Below are positions 26,481 through 38,650 of a DNA stretch of 64,000 bases, in pieces. The translations under genes were made by a program, and so were the position numbers. Source of the stretch: Octopus sinensis. Its lineage: Eukaryota. The notes below the pieces were generated by a model. The model was not told the origin of the DNA and did not search any database. It saw nothing but the letters and a program-made list of their open reading frames with translations. The stretch is from NCBI RefSeq assembly GCF_006345805.1, contig NC_043013.1:30070001-30134000 (forward strand), given 5' to 3'. Every line of letters begins with the position of its first letter. Positions within the stretch are counted from its first letter, which is position 1.

Positions 26481-26708
26481 GATAACCTTACCTTTACCTC
26501 TCTCTTTGTACATTGTTAATATTTGTCTTCCATAGCATAGTATAAACGAATAAGTGAGGAAAAAACCCCAATCAACTAAGAGATGACAGCATTTTACACA
26601 TATGGATGAATGAATATATATATATATATATATATATGAAAGAACAAAGTGTACGTACGCCGCTATACATACATATATATATATATATATATAATATATA
26701 TATATATA

Positions 26709-27003
26709 TTTATATATAAAAGTCAAGTTGTGTGTCTGTCGCCTACGATTTAGATTCCTAACTACTCCCACATTTTGCGGTGCAGTTTAACCAAAACCGG
26801 GTATCTTATAGTCGTGATTCATATCGAGCCCTTCTGGGTATTAGCGCGCGTCTACGATGAGTCTACGATTTAAAAAATAATTACCATAATTTTTTTCCAT
26901 TTTAATGCATTTTTTCGCTATTATATAAGGGAAGTAACTCTCTAAAAATGCTTATATAGTTATTTCCCTTACAAACACGAGCAACGCCGGACTATATCGC
27001 TAG
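26709..27003 (+). mobile_element. Non-autonomous Helitron (short)
   Basis: 5' tatatataaaag; 3' GC-rich cgagcaacgccgg followed by CTAG|T; 3' end shared with 62490-62517. Confidence 0.65.
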
Positions 27004-29759
27004 TATATATATATATATATATATATATATTGAGATTGCGCCAAGACATCTAATGGTCTTAGCTTAGTTTTTCCTTGGGGCTGGCCAGATTGGAGCAATC
27101 TCAAGATTAATCAGCCGAAATTGTGAGAATAATCCGGTTCTTCACTGAAGATTAAAGGCTTCGAATAATCCGCCTGGGTTTTTTTTATATCGTCTTATGG
27201 ATGTTTTGCGTTCTTGTCCTATTTTGTATTATTTTATATATATATATATAGCGGCGTACGTACACTTTGTTCTCTTATATGTAAGTACACATTTCACAAA
27301 ACTTTGTACGACTTCTACAACACTCTCTCTCCCCCCTCTTTCACATTACTTTGCCTTTCTTACTTTTCACTTCACTTTGTCCCTGTCTCTCCCTTTTTCT
27401 CGCCACTCCCTGATTATTCCGTCTACACACTCTCTCGATCTCTCTTCTCCCCCTCCTTAATTCCTTTGTTCCTCTGAATTTGCAGCAAATCCCCACGTAT
27501 CTAGAGGTAGTTAGAAAAAGCATTATCTCTGGCACATAGGTTACTGGCTTTTTCTACGCCAGGATCTCTATTTTATAAATCGGAGAACTGTGAGTGGATG
27601 GATTTTTAGCTGCTATTTTTGTAGATTTAACCGCTCCAGAGACCTATCTCACTAGCTCGAAATTCATGATTGCAGCTTATATAAGTTGAGTTTGTATAAA
27701 AAGTTACTTTTAACAAGATAAATATGTATTCTTATTTAAATCCTCCATTAGTCTTTCAAACATTTATTGGCATAGTTTATTAGAGATTTAATAAAAACCT
27801 TCATTTTCTTAGTACAAATTATAGAGACAATAAGTGTATTTTAGTGAATGCTAAAACTTAATTGTCATTGGAATTTCTTAGAATTAATGCTATTCTTTAA
27901 ATATTTTATATAATTTTCTTTTGCTTTTCCACATAATAATATACTCTATCAATTTGCTAAATATCGACTTTATGATGTTTAGTTTCTTAATGGTCGTAAG
28001 CACATTTTGGTTGAAATTAGACATTTAATTCACTCTTCCAGTACATTAAGTTTCGATCTGTTGAATAAACAAATATTTAATTTCCATACAAAAATATCTT
28101 TCAAAATATCTATTGTGGAGCAACAATTGCCTATTTAATTATTCTGCACAGAAGACTGCATAATATAACATATTAGCAAAATAATAGAAAATGCATTGCT
28201 TAAGCTTGGTAGTTGAGCGGAACTTCTAACGGTGTTTTGCTTGAAACAGTTATATTCTGAGTTCAAAACCTATCGAGATGGACTTCTTATTTTTCATTCC
28301 TCGGTCGCGGAAAACCGGTACCTACCAAGTTTAGCTTGCCTATTTAAGCAGGTAGCTATTTGCTTGAGGAATCCATCACGCTTTATAAAATGTTCTAATT
28401 TTATTAACTCTCGAACGTTACCTCTTAGAATGCAAGAGAAAAATGGATTATAGTTTTGATACTCTAAGGAAAGGTAAAATTGACCTTTCGTGATTGCCTA
28501 GATAACTAAACACAATTAATTTGGTAATATAAATTAAATCAACGTTTCTCACCTCCTCATATGTAAAGTCTTTTTCTTACATTAGAAGTAAATAACAGTA
28601 AATATATGCATAATGCCATCGACATGGCCAAACAAGGAATGTAGAATAATATAAGATTTGTAGCACAAAAGGATGAAATTGATTAATAAACCATGATCAC
28701 AATCCAAATTCTGTTCTCGGCTGAGGTAACTTCAGTTCTCTCACCGTTTCAGAAACATGTGAAAACCTAGATATTAACAGCCGTTTCCCAATCCATAGTT
28801 TTAATAAGACATTATTATTACATTGAGAATCAAGAGGACGAGCTGACAATCGTAGACATGCCGGACAAAAGGCATAACGGTATTTATTTCTGTTTCTTAT
28901 GTTCGTAGTTAAAAATCCACTGACGTAAACTTTACCATTTATCTTATTGAGATCGATAAATTAAATATGAATTGAGCACTGGGGCCGTTGAAATCAACGT
29001 ATCCCGTCCAAAATTTCTGGCCTTGCGCCTATAGTAGAAAGCATTGTAATATATAAAATGAGATGAGGTCTGCATATAAACACTTCTCTGAGATAATCGA
29101 TTGATTCTGATGCACAGCTTTGATTCGCACTTGTTCCCTATCAAAATTATACAAAACAAGTATTTGGAAAAGGAATGAATGATACGTTATTAGAATTTAT
29201 CTCGTCTGAACCATACAGTTCTGTGTGCAATAAAAACCTCCTCCATTGCAGTCTACTTGTAATGATATCTACGTAAAATTTGATTTCTGCCGAAAACGAA
29301 AGTCATTCCGTTTGGGGAATCGATATCGACAATGAAATCGACTGCATGATATGTATAGTACTTATAATTATCGCATCAAGAAGAATGAAGTGCAATTCTC
29401 AACGATCACCAGACGGGATTAATATGAGCCAATGCTTATTTTGACTCGATGCCAATATTACTGTTGCCTTGTATTTCCCAGTTCGGGTCTTCTCAAGTAT
29501 ATAGAAGGTCTATGTGGCTCTAGACATGAATCACACACTCTTGGATTCAAACTTTTGATATCCACGATGACATTCTTTAATTTGTTCTGCCTTTCAATGA
29601 AACGGTAGATATTGATTTGCAGATTTCACAGCTATTTCTAGAATGTGAACCAGTTACGTAGAAGCTATTAATTGGCTACTATTACCACTGTGGTGAAATG
29701 AATCCACTACATTTTATGTATTATACTTATTCTCATGAACCTAGAATACAAATTCAACG

Positions 29760-30120
29760 CTAGTGGTTACGTGCATATTAATGTAATTGGGTGTTAGTAG
29801 TTAAACCCTTCACATTTCGAGGACAAGTTTTATTGAAGTATCCCTTCCATTATTTCAAACTCCTTTACCAAGCTCCACCGCAATAACTATGGAGTAATAT
29901 CCATTTTTCTGATCTCAACTCTGTCGTTGCGTTCCTTTTCGCTTCATCTTCATTTTCGAAACGAACGTCTACCGTAGCGTATTATCTATCTCTATTGTAG
30001 AAGGTAGTTCTTCCTTTTATTTCATGCAGACATTTTTCAATCTCTTCCACTTCTGCTACTTCTATTCTTTTTGGAGGATTTTGAGAGTGCATTTTTCGAT
30101 CAGCTGTGCGTAGTTCCGCC
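29760..30120 (-). pseudogene. Ancient relic of an ORF1 homologous to that at 22854-24874
   Basis: YATVDVRFENEDEAKRNATTELRSEKWILLHSYC aligns without gaps to HATVWLLFDNG*KARQFASQPLEGKEILFLPSYC. Confidence 0.5.
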
Positions 30121-30324
30121 AAACCTATGATTAGAGAAATTCCAGTTATGACCGTGCTATAATTTTTTTTTTTTGAATGATTATCATTTTTTTAATTGAA
30201 TTTTTGGAATGATTATTCAAGCTATTTTTGAGGACGGTTTTGATTCGAGAGAGATTTGTAAATCCAGGAAACACGGAAGTCATGCATTTGGATTGGACCA
30301 CTGTTGCTATTCGCGTTATATAAT

Positions 30325-30790
30325 GGTTTCAAATTTTCAAACAAGGCCACTAATTACTGGGGAAGGTTAAGCTGATTACACTTAATCCCAATAGTCAACT
30401 GGTACTTATTTTATAGATCCCGGTAGGATGAAAAGCAAAGTCGACAGCGGCAGAATTTGAACTCAGAACATAAAAACGGACAATATACCTATTTCTTTAT
30501 TACCCACAAGGGGCTAAACACAGAGGGGACAAACAAGGACGGACGAACGGATTAAGTCGATTACATCGACCCCAGTGCGTAACTGGTACTTATTTAATCG
30601 ACTCCGAAAGGATGAAAGGCAAAGTCGACCTCGGCGGAATTTGAGCTCAGAACGTAGCAGCAGACGAAATGAACTAAGCATTTCGCCCGGCGCGGTAAAA
30701 ATTCTGCCAGCTCGCCGCCTTATATGACGGACAATATACCGCGAAGCATTTTGTCCGGCATGCTAACGAATTTGCCAAATCGCTGCTTTA
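30325..30790 (-). mobile_element. SINE A (tail 1) nested in an older SINE A (tail 2)
   Basis: Duplicated acggacaatatacc at about 30477-30489 and 30727-30740 flanks the young copy. Confidence 0.85.
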
Positions 30791-31466
30791 GATTTGAATC
30801 CTATATTGAACGGAAACCTATTTTGACAGTGATAATTGAGTTAAATCTATTCACGACCTAAATACAGTGAAATTGCTCTAGTCACGAATCGAAAACCAGC
30901 ATTTGCTCACTTTACTCTTGCTTTTACGGTCTGCGTCTAATAGTGGGTGGGAAACGTGCCGTAATCTACATCCAAGTTTCAATACATTGTTCTGAGTTAG
31001 AATTGTAAACTGCTTCCAAGCTTTGAATGTTAGATAATTGAGACTTTCACAATAAAATATATATATTCATTAGTTGAAATATGGCTGTTGGCTTCGAGGC
31101 ATATTTTTCTGACGTCTTTCGGATAATAACGTCAAAGAAATGCTAGTATTTTATGGCTTCATTATTTTCGTTTCTAAGCTACAGAAAATGAAATGGAGGA
31201 AGTAATCATTGTCAAACAAAATATGATATTGGAGTATTTTTCTTTTGTTTATCTATAGTAATCCCAGAAAATATCATTTTTCGTATATAATATAATATGA
31301 TAATTAAACAGTGTTTATAATATCGGGAATAATCCTGTATACTTGTTCTTCTTATGCATAAGATTTCTTTATATTTTAGTGTGGGAGAATTGGATTACAT
31401 TTTATTTATGCCTACTTCAAGGATATTAGTAGAGTAAGCAAAATGCTAAAATTGAAGGTTTCCTTA

Positions 31467-31501
<35 letters not shown>

Positions 31502-33239
31502 AGGAGGATTGTCATTAAGGAAGAAAGGTCTAACATTTACATCACTACCACTATATTCTACATTATACTCGGATCACACACCCACGACAAGTAAGCATCA
31601 AAAGCAATCCAAAACAATCTATAAAAAATATCTTATAGCTACTAGAGCTTTTGCACAAATCCGGTAAATACGAAAACCTATTCATAGAAAAAATAGCAGC
31701 AATATCACTAGTCTGTTTACTGGGATTTATAACTGGTGTATGCATCTGTGGATTATACGTTGATGTTCAGTCTAGTACACATCGGCCATATATTTCCCCT
31801 ATGAAAGCTAACAGGTAGATACACAAACCACTTCAATAAAACCAAATGAAGTTGGGTCAACCGGAATCAAAAGTACGCCAAGGTCTTTAATGCGTTCGAT
31901 CATTCTCTGAGATATTACTTTGCGTCTCAGCTGATCGCAGATCAACTGTCATTAAGCAGACCTATGACCTAAAGAGTTGTAGCTGTAACCATTCTGTTAA
32001 TTTATATGTAAATACTAACATTACTAAATCTGTTTTTTTTTTTTTTTGTTTTAAAGCATCAACATATAATTTAAAGATATGTAGCTGCTATTTGGTATAG
32101 ATCAAATAACAGCGTAGAAGCTCATTCACTGGCTGGATGTAAATTTTCCTCCTTAATGGAGCTTCCTTGCATCATATTTATGCTAAAAAAAGAATCCTCA
32201 ACGTCATAGCTTTGTATTCATTTTCTTTCAATATTTTCGTTTACTTTAAGGCGGTGAACTGTTAGAATCGTAAGCACGCCGGACAAAAGGTTTTCGTTTT
32301 TATGTGTTCTGAGTTAATATTTTGCTGGGTTCGAATTTTTCATTCCTCATATCAAAATCAATAAAATAAGTACCAGTTGAGCTAACTAGTCATGTAATCG
32401 ATGTACCCTTACACCCGAAATTACAGATTCTGTGCCAAACTTTGAACCCAATATCTTTGTTTACTTTGTACCTAAATTAAAAATTACGAAATTACTATCT
32501 TTAATGAATTTACAGACGCATTATAGGACTTTGGATCGAATTCACGTCAGTTTTAGATCTAATGAGAAACATATACATATTACAACTGCACTTCTCTTCC
32601 TCTTCGGTATAACATGTTCTTCACTTATATATATATATATATATACATATATATGTGTGTTTGTGTGTGTGTGTATATATATATATAATGCATGTGTGTG
32701 TGTTGTATGTGTGGTGTAATTAAAAGTACAATTTTGAGCATTTATCTTGCCCTATTTTACTCGCTTTAACGAGCATTGATTTATAATGATCCAATCAACG
32801 ATATCATTAAGTTATGATTAGTTTCTCATTGATTATTTTTTATTTGATCATATTCGTTGTACGACAATTTTCCCTTTTAGGTCACTAAAATATATTTTCT
32901 CGTTTGAGTTTTTCTTTACTCTTTATGTTATATCTTTTACTATTAATGTAGTAGAGCGAGATCGAACATCTAGGCCAACAAAAGCAGCAACATTGTTTCA
33001 CTATCCAGTCAAAGCAGCTTAACATTCCATATGTTTACTTGGGAACGAGAACAAAGTCAGTTTTTGTACTGTAAAAAACTGCGTATATTAAATTGAATTA
33101 AAAACTGCGTATATTAAATCGAATAATATTTTGTCTAATGGATAATAAGCTATTTCTCCCAGTACCTTGTAGCATTGCTCCACAACCTTCGTGTAGGGAT
33201 GAACTACCGCTTCATGACGGACTCCACAATCCAGGCTTT

Positions 33240-33660
33240 GACTACTATACTGATCAACAGGACGCATATCGCTGAAATGTTCTACCATCATCAGTGCCTC
33301 AACATTGCCTCAGAAGAAATGCATGTGTCTTTCAACGGTGTCAAAACTGCATTTGATCGCTTTAATCTGACAATCAAAATGTAAAAAAAAAAAAATGATA
33401 ATAATTGCAGGACCTTCTCTTCACTCAATCTTTCCAGATTTCAAGATTACTGTCTACACAGACCAATAGTACAAGAAGACCAATTCCCATATTTAATGAA
33501 AGACGTTGCGAACAGATTCCGAGCTGTGCATGTCGCTTTTGAAAATGTTTTTCATTGAATCTCGGGAAACAAGAACCGAAATCTACCAAACTTGTGGTAT
33601 ATCAAAACGTAGTTATTCCCACCTTACTCTGAGGTTGTGAAACCTGAACCATGCACTGCA
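33240..33660 (+). pseudogene. Highly degenerate RTE-like RT fragment
   Basis: HIAEMFY..QCLNIASEEMH..TAFDRFNLTIKM resembles the RTE region after YADD. Confidence 0.4.
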
Positions 33661-34559
33661 TATATAATATGTATGTCTGCACTATATTAAACATTTCTAT
33701 CCATACGTATACTCGAGAATGCATGTATGCAAGGTCCCAAAAGTGTGAAATGACATATCCTTGTGGTTGCGAATATGCAAATTCACACAACCCATCTAGC
33801 AAATAACAGTTTGCACTCAGCTTTTGTTATATAGAACTCAAACAAGTTTGCATAATATAAATTACAATATATAATACATTATGTAATTTATAGTTTTCAT
33901 TTATTGTCATAAATGAAAACTATATTTTACATGTAAATTACATGTAAAACTATGTGTAGTCGAACACGTCGCGTCTTCCATTGGGCTAGCTTGGTAAATT
34001 CGGTAATTTAAATGGCTGTAAAATTGTGACATGCTAATTTTATGTCACCTTATATGTGTGATTGAAATTAATGCATAAAACATGGGTACTGTGAGTCTAG
34101 CTTTATGAGCTAAAGTAAGTTACGACAATAATGGTCGGTTTATGTCGGGATTTATTGTGTAGTTTGTCTATCAAAGTTGTCTGGAAGTCAACCGTTGTAG
34201 CATATCAGTAATAAGTAGAAACTAGCTCGTAAATAGTTTTGTGCATGAATTGTTATAGATGTTAGATTGGTATATAATACTATGTGTATATGGTTTGTTC
34301 TTGGGTTTGCATGTCTTGAGATGGATGGTGGTTTGGTGGCGGTAGGGATGTGGATTAGGAAACGATCCGAGTTAGCCGGGATGGGTTAGTAGTTCAGTTG
34401 TAGATAGAAATATACTTGACGCTTTGTAGTTTAAATTGGTTTATGTGAACTTATGTGGATATTTCTTCCTTTTAGCCAAGTATATTCAGTGGTTAAGTTC
34501 AGTATATTTAAGTTCCCTGTTAAAAAGATGTTGGATCTGCTGCCTTGTTTATTATATCT

Positions 34560-34930
34560 TGTTTTACTTGTTTCACTCATTCGACTGTGACCGTGCTGGG
34601 GTACAGCCTTGAAGTGTTTAGTCGAACAAAGTGACTTCGTTGGTTATTCTGTTTCGGTTTCATACTCTTTCTGTCTTAATTATCAGGTCGCTGTGTTACG
34701 CGGATATGGACAAACCGACACGAGTTGTGAAGCTGTAGGACCACAAACACAAAGACACACACACACACAAATACATACGTACGACAGGCTTTCACACAGT
34801 TTACATTTACCAAATTCACTGACAAGGTTTTAGTCGGCCCGGGGCTATAACAGAAAATGGCTGCCCAAGGTGCTGTGGGATTGAACTTTAAATTACGGGA
34901 TTGGAAAGCGGGCTTCTTAATCACTCTACT
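34560..34930 (-). mobile_element. Degenerate SINE family C
   Basis: Tail cttgtttcactcattcgactgtgaccgtgctgg; body caaggttttagtcggcccggggctata. Confidence 0.7.
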
Positions 34931-36255
34931 ATACTTAGCTTTTGTGGCAAGACTCCAGCTTATGCGTCGACTGACTGCGGACCGTTTTTTAAAAGCTATA
35001 CAAACACTCTACACATTTCAGATATGATTAAAAACGAGATCAAGCAAACAAAATTAGCTCATCTTTTACAAAGATGTCTGTCAACAATGGCATAAATATG
35101 AATTACATATTTCTGTTAATGCGTAGATTTTATTTCTGTTAACATGTGGTAACAATTGTTCGATGCCCGCAACATGACTTATTGTGTTAGCGTTAAGTCG
35201 ATTCTGATAAGAATATAGGGATGTGGGTTTGCGATTTTATGCATAACTCCGTCTTTCTTTACTTACCTTATAGAGAATAAGACTTTCTGAAGTATATGTA
35301 TTTCCCTTGTAAACGTTTGCACATACATAAAATATGATCATTGTGCGCACTACAAAAAATGAAATGAAGTAAAAAAAATAACAAATCTTAACCTCTTGTA
35401 CTACGATGCTTACCGCCAATTATATAAGTATGAATAATATGTTTTCCACAGTGTGTCTGTTTTTATTTCTATGATATAAAGAGAGAAAATGTATGCTTAC
35501 ATGTTATTCAATTCTATTATGCTCTAAACGAGTCAAAATGATAAATATCAGGCAAGCAGAACTCTATGTATTGATAGCATATTATGCGGTTGTCAGTCGA
35601 TTATTAAAGTTATATTTGTTTCACAAACGATAAAGATGCCATGCGTAATGTATATTACTGACAGATTTGTTATTTGTTAAACTCAACAGACACGGAAAAA
35701 GAATAGAAAAAAAAAAGATTACTTATTCTGCAAATATGAGAGCCAATATCAAGTTAAGAGGCAAAAAAAGTTATTGAGAAGAAATTTTATACAACTTTGT
35801 TATTTCATGCTGTTAAATAACAATCAGATAAATGTTCACTGAAGCAGTATGCTTCTGCAGAATATAAAAAAACTCTACTCTTAAATTTACCTTAAAAAGC
35901 AGAATTATTTCCATATAAACAAAAGCAAGAAAAGCCAAAAGTCTATAAAATATTCTGATGTATTGTATTCATTGATATTAACGGTTTATTGTCTGGTAGA
36001 TAATAGAACAATAGAGATTTCTATAGAGTAGAGTTAAGCAATATGGCGTGTATATTCTAGATGCTAGGTTTGATTCTTGAATGTAAGCAATCCAGTTCAC
36101 TTCTGCTGCGAACAGGCTTGAGGTAGATTTAAAAAATACCACACGCTCTTTTCCCAAACCTCCAATTTTAATATACTGATTCTGTTTAAGAAATCAATAC
36201 TGCTCAACAATGAATCGGTGAGAGGCAGGTAAACTTTACTCTAGTGCGCAATATA

Positions 36256-37376
36256 TTGGGTTGGCAACTAAGTTCCCTCTGCGTTTTTAAATTTTGAAAT
36301 GTACTTTTTTTCGAGAATCCTATTTTTGAATCATTTTGGAATCTTTTTTTTTCTTCTAGTTAATTTTTTTTTTTCAGATCATTAAAATGGAATGTCAAGT
36401 TAAGAAGAACGAGCATTTTCGACACCTCCTTTTTGCATTTAATCAAGGTTCTAATGCCGCAAAAACTGATCGTGGCATTTGTGCTGTTTATGGAGAGAGG
36501 TGCCATTACCTGAAAGAACCGCTCACGATTGGTATGCCAAGTTCAAAAATGAAAATTTCGACCTCAAAGACGCACCTCGTTCTGGCCGTCCAGCTGAGTT
36601 CGATGAAGAACGATTACACCAACTTTTGCACAAAAATTCTCGTCAAACTGTTATAGAGAAGCATTTTCACTTGATGGGAAAGGTTCAGAAGTATGGAGCA
36701 TGAGTTCCGCATGCTTTAAGTGACAACAACAAAAATCAACAAGGCACAATCTCTCGCTGGTTTCCTTGCTTGTCACCGCTAACTCATGGACACAAGCAGT
36801 GCTTTCTTTACCTAATCGTTACTGGTGACGAAAAATGGTGTCTGTATATCAATATGAAGCAGCGTAAGGAATGGCTTAGTCTCGGTAAACAAGTAATACC
36901 GCGCGTGAAACAAGATCTTCATCCGCGAAAAACGATGTTGTGTGTATTCAACAGATGGAATGACTCAACACGACTATTCAAGAGAAAAATCGGCAACATG
37001 GAGTTCTTCTGCTGCACGACAACGCCCGCTCCCATATCGCCAATATGACCAAGGAAGCCATTCAAACTGAGAAGTGCTGCCACACCCACCCTACTCTCCT
37101 GATTTGGCACCAATGGATTTCCACCTCTTTCGGTCTCTGCTATGCGCAGAGTTTCGTTCAATACCGATGCAGAATTGAGATCTTGGTTGGATCAATTTTT
37201 CGAGTCGAAATCGGGTGATTTCTACCAACAAGGTAGTGAAAATCTTGTTGAACGTTGGGAAGAAGTTGTAAACAACAAGGGTGAATACATTATTGATTAA
37301 TTAGTTGATATTTTTTATTAAACCTTTTAAACAAATTTAATTTAAAACAACAACGGGAACTTAGTTGCCATCCTAA
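36256..37376 (+). mobile_element. mariner (DD34D) transposon with disrupted transposase
   Basis: TIRs ttgggttggcaactaagttccc and gggaacttagttgccatcctaa with TA TSD; motifs DAPRSGRP, IVTGDEKW, LHDNARSH and HPPYSPDLAPMDFHLF. Confidence 0.92.
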
Positions 37377-37559
37377 TACATCTAAAAAAATGAAGGCTAA
37401 TTGTAATAGACTGCGTATATGATTTAAGGATATAAGCTCGTGGCATAAGTTCGATTCTTGTTTAATTCTATTATTATCATGCTTAGCATGTGATCAGAAA
37501 TTAGAATAACTTGTAGCATACTCGTTAAAGAAGAATACTCTGGTACTGATATAATGGCT

Positions 37560-38650
37560 ACAGTTACCTAGTGCTAAACTAGTACTTATTTACCGACCCT
37601 CACATGTAAAATTGATGTCAGCGGAATTTGATATCAGAAAGTCAAGTGTTGGAAGAAATGCTTTAAGCATTTTGTCCGACGTGCTAAGGTTTCTGCCACC
37701 TCACCACGTTAATAATCCTTTCTACTATAGGCACAAAGTCTGAAATTTTGGAGAGAGGCTTGTCGATAACGTAGAAGCGGGTGTGCATAGTTGTTATTTT
37801 CTTCATTGACCCTGAAAGCATGAAAGACAACGTCGACCTCGGCGGAATTTGAATTCAGAACGTTTTTTTCTTGGGATAATCATTTGGCCAATATTTGATT
37901 TTCTACTCTAGGCACAAAGCCCAAAACATTGGTGGGATGGGGGCCAGTCGATTTGATCGACTCAGTACGCAACTGGTACTTAATTTATCGACCACGAAAG
38001 GATGAAAGGTAAAGTCGACCTCGGCGGAATTGGAACTCAGAACATAAAGACGTACGAAATACCTATTTCTTTACTAAACACAGATAGGACAAACAAGGAC
38101 AGACAAACGGATTAAGTTGATTATATCGACCCCATTGCGTAACTGGTACTTATTTAATCGACCCCGAAAGGATGAAAGGCAAAGTCGACCTCGGCGGAAT
38201 TTGCACTCAGAACGTAGAGGCAGGCGAAATAACTATTTCTTTATTGACCACAAGGGGCTAAACATAGAGGGGACAAACAAGAACAGACAAACGGATTAAG
38301 TCGGTTATATTGACCCCAGTGCGTAACTGGTTCTTATTTAATCGACCCTGAAAGGATGAAAGGCAAAGTCGACCTCGGCGAAATTTGAACCCAGAACGTA
38401 ACGGCAGACGAAATACCTATTTCTATATAGCCCACAAGGGGCTAATCACAAAGGGGACAAACAAGGACAGACAAACGGATTAAGTCGATTATATCGACCC
38501 CAGTGCGTAACTGGTCCTTAATTTATCTACCCCGAAAGAATGAAAGGCAAAGTCGACCTCGGCGGAATTTGAACTCAGAACGTAGCGGCAGACGAAATAC
38601 CGCTAAGCACTTCGCCGGGTGTGCTAACGTTTCTGCCAGCTCGCTGCCTT
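37560..38650 (-). mobile_element. SINE family A cluster including a head-to-tail array of headless ~185-bp units
   Basis: Repeated junction cgaaata(c/a)|ctatttc at about 38060, 38232 and 38417; single head at about 38600-38650. Confidence 0.9.

Noticed and set aside
27110-27170. Type II hammerhead (gaaa..atc..ctgaaga)
   Set aside because: Stem III is plausible, but stem I cannot form without consuming the core.
33070-33950. Short tandem duplication (aaaaactgcgtatattaaat twice) and an AT-rich 15-bp hairpin at about 33890-33923
   Set aside because: Common slippage or fold-back products in AT-rich DNA with no further structure.
37900-38650. Regularly spaced repeats as a CRISPR array
   Set aside because: Units are ~185-bp SINE bodies with no unique spacers, there are no cas genes, and the context is eukaryotic.
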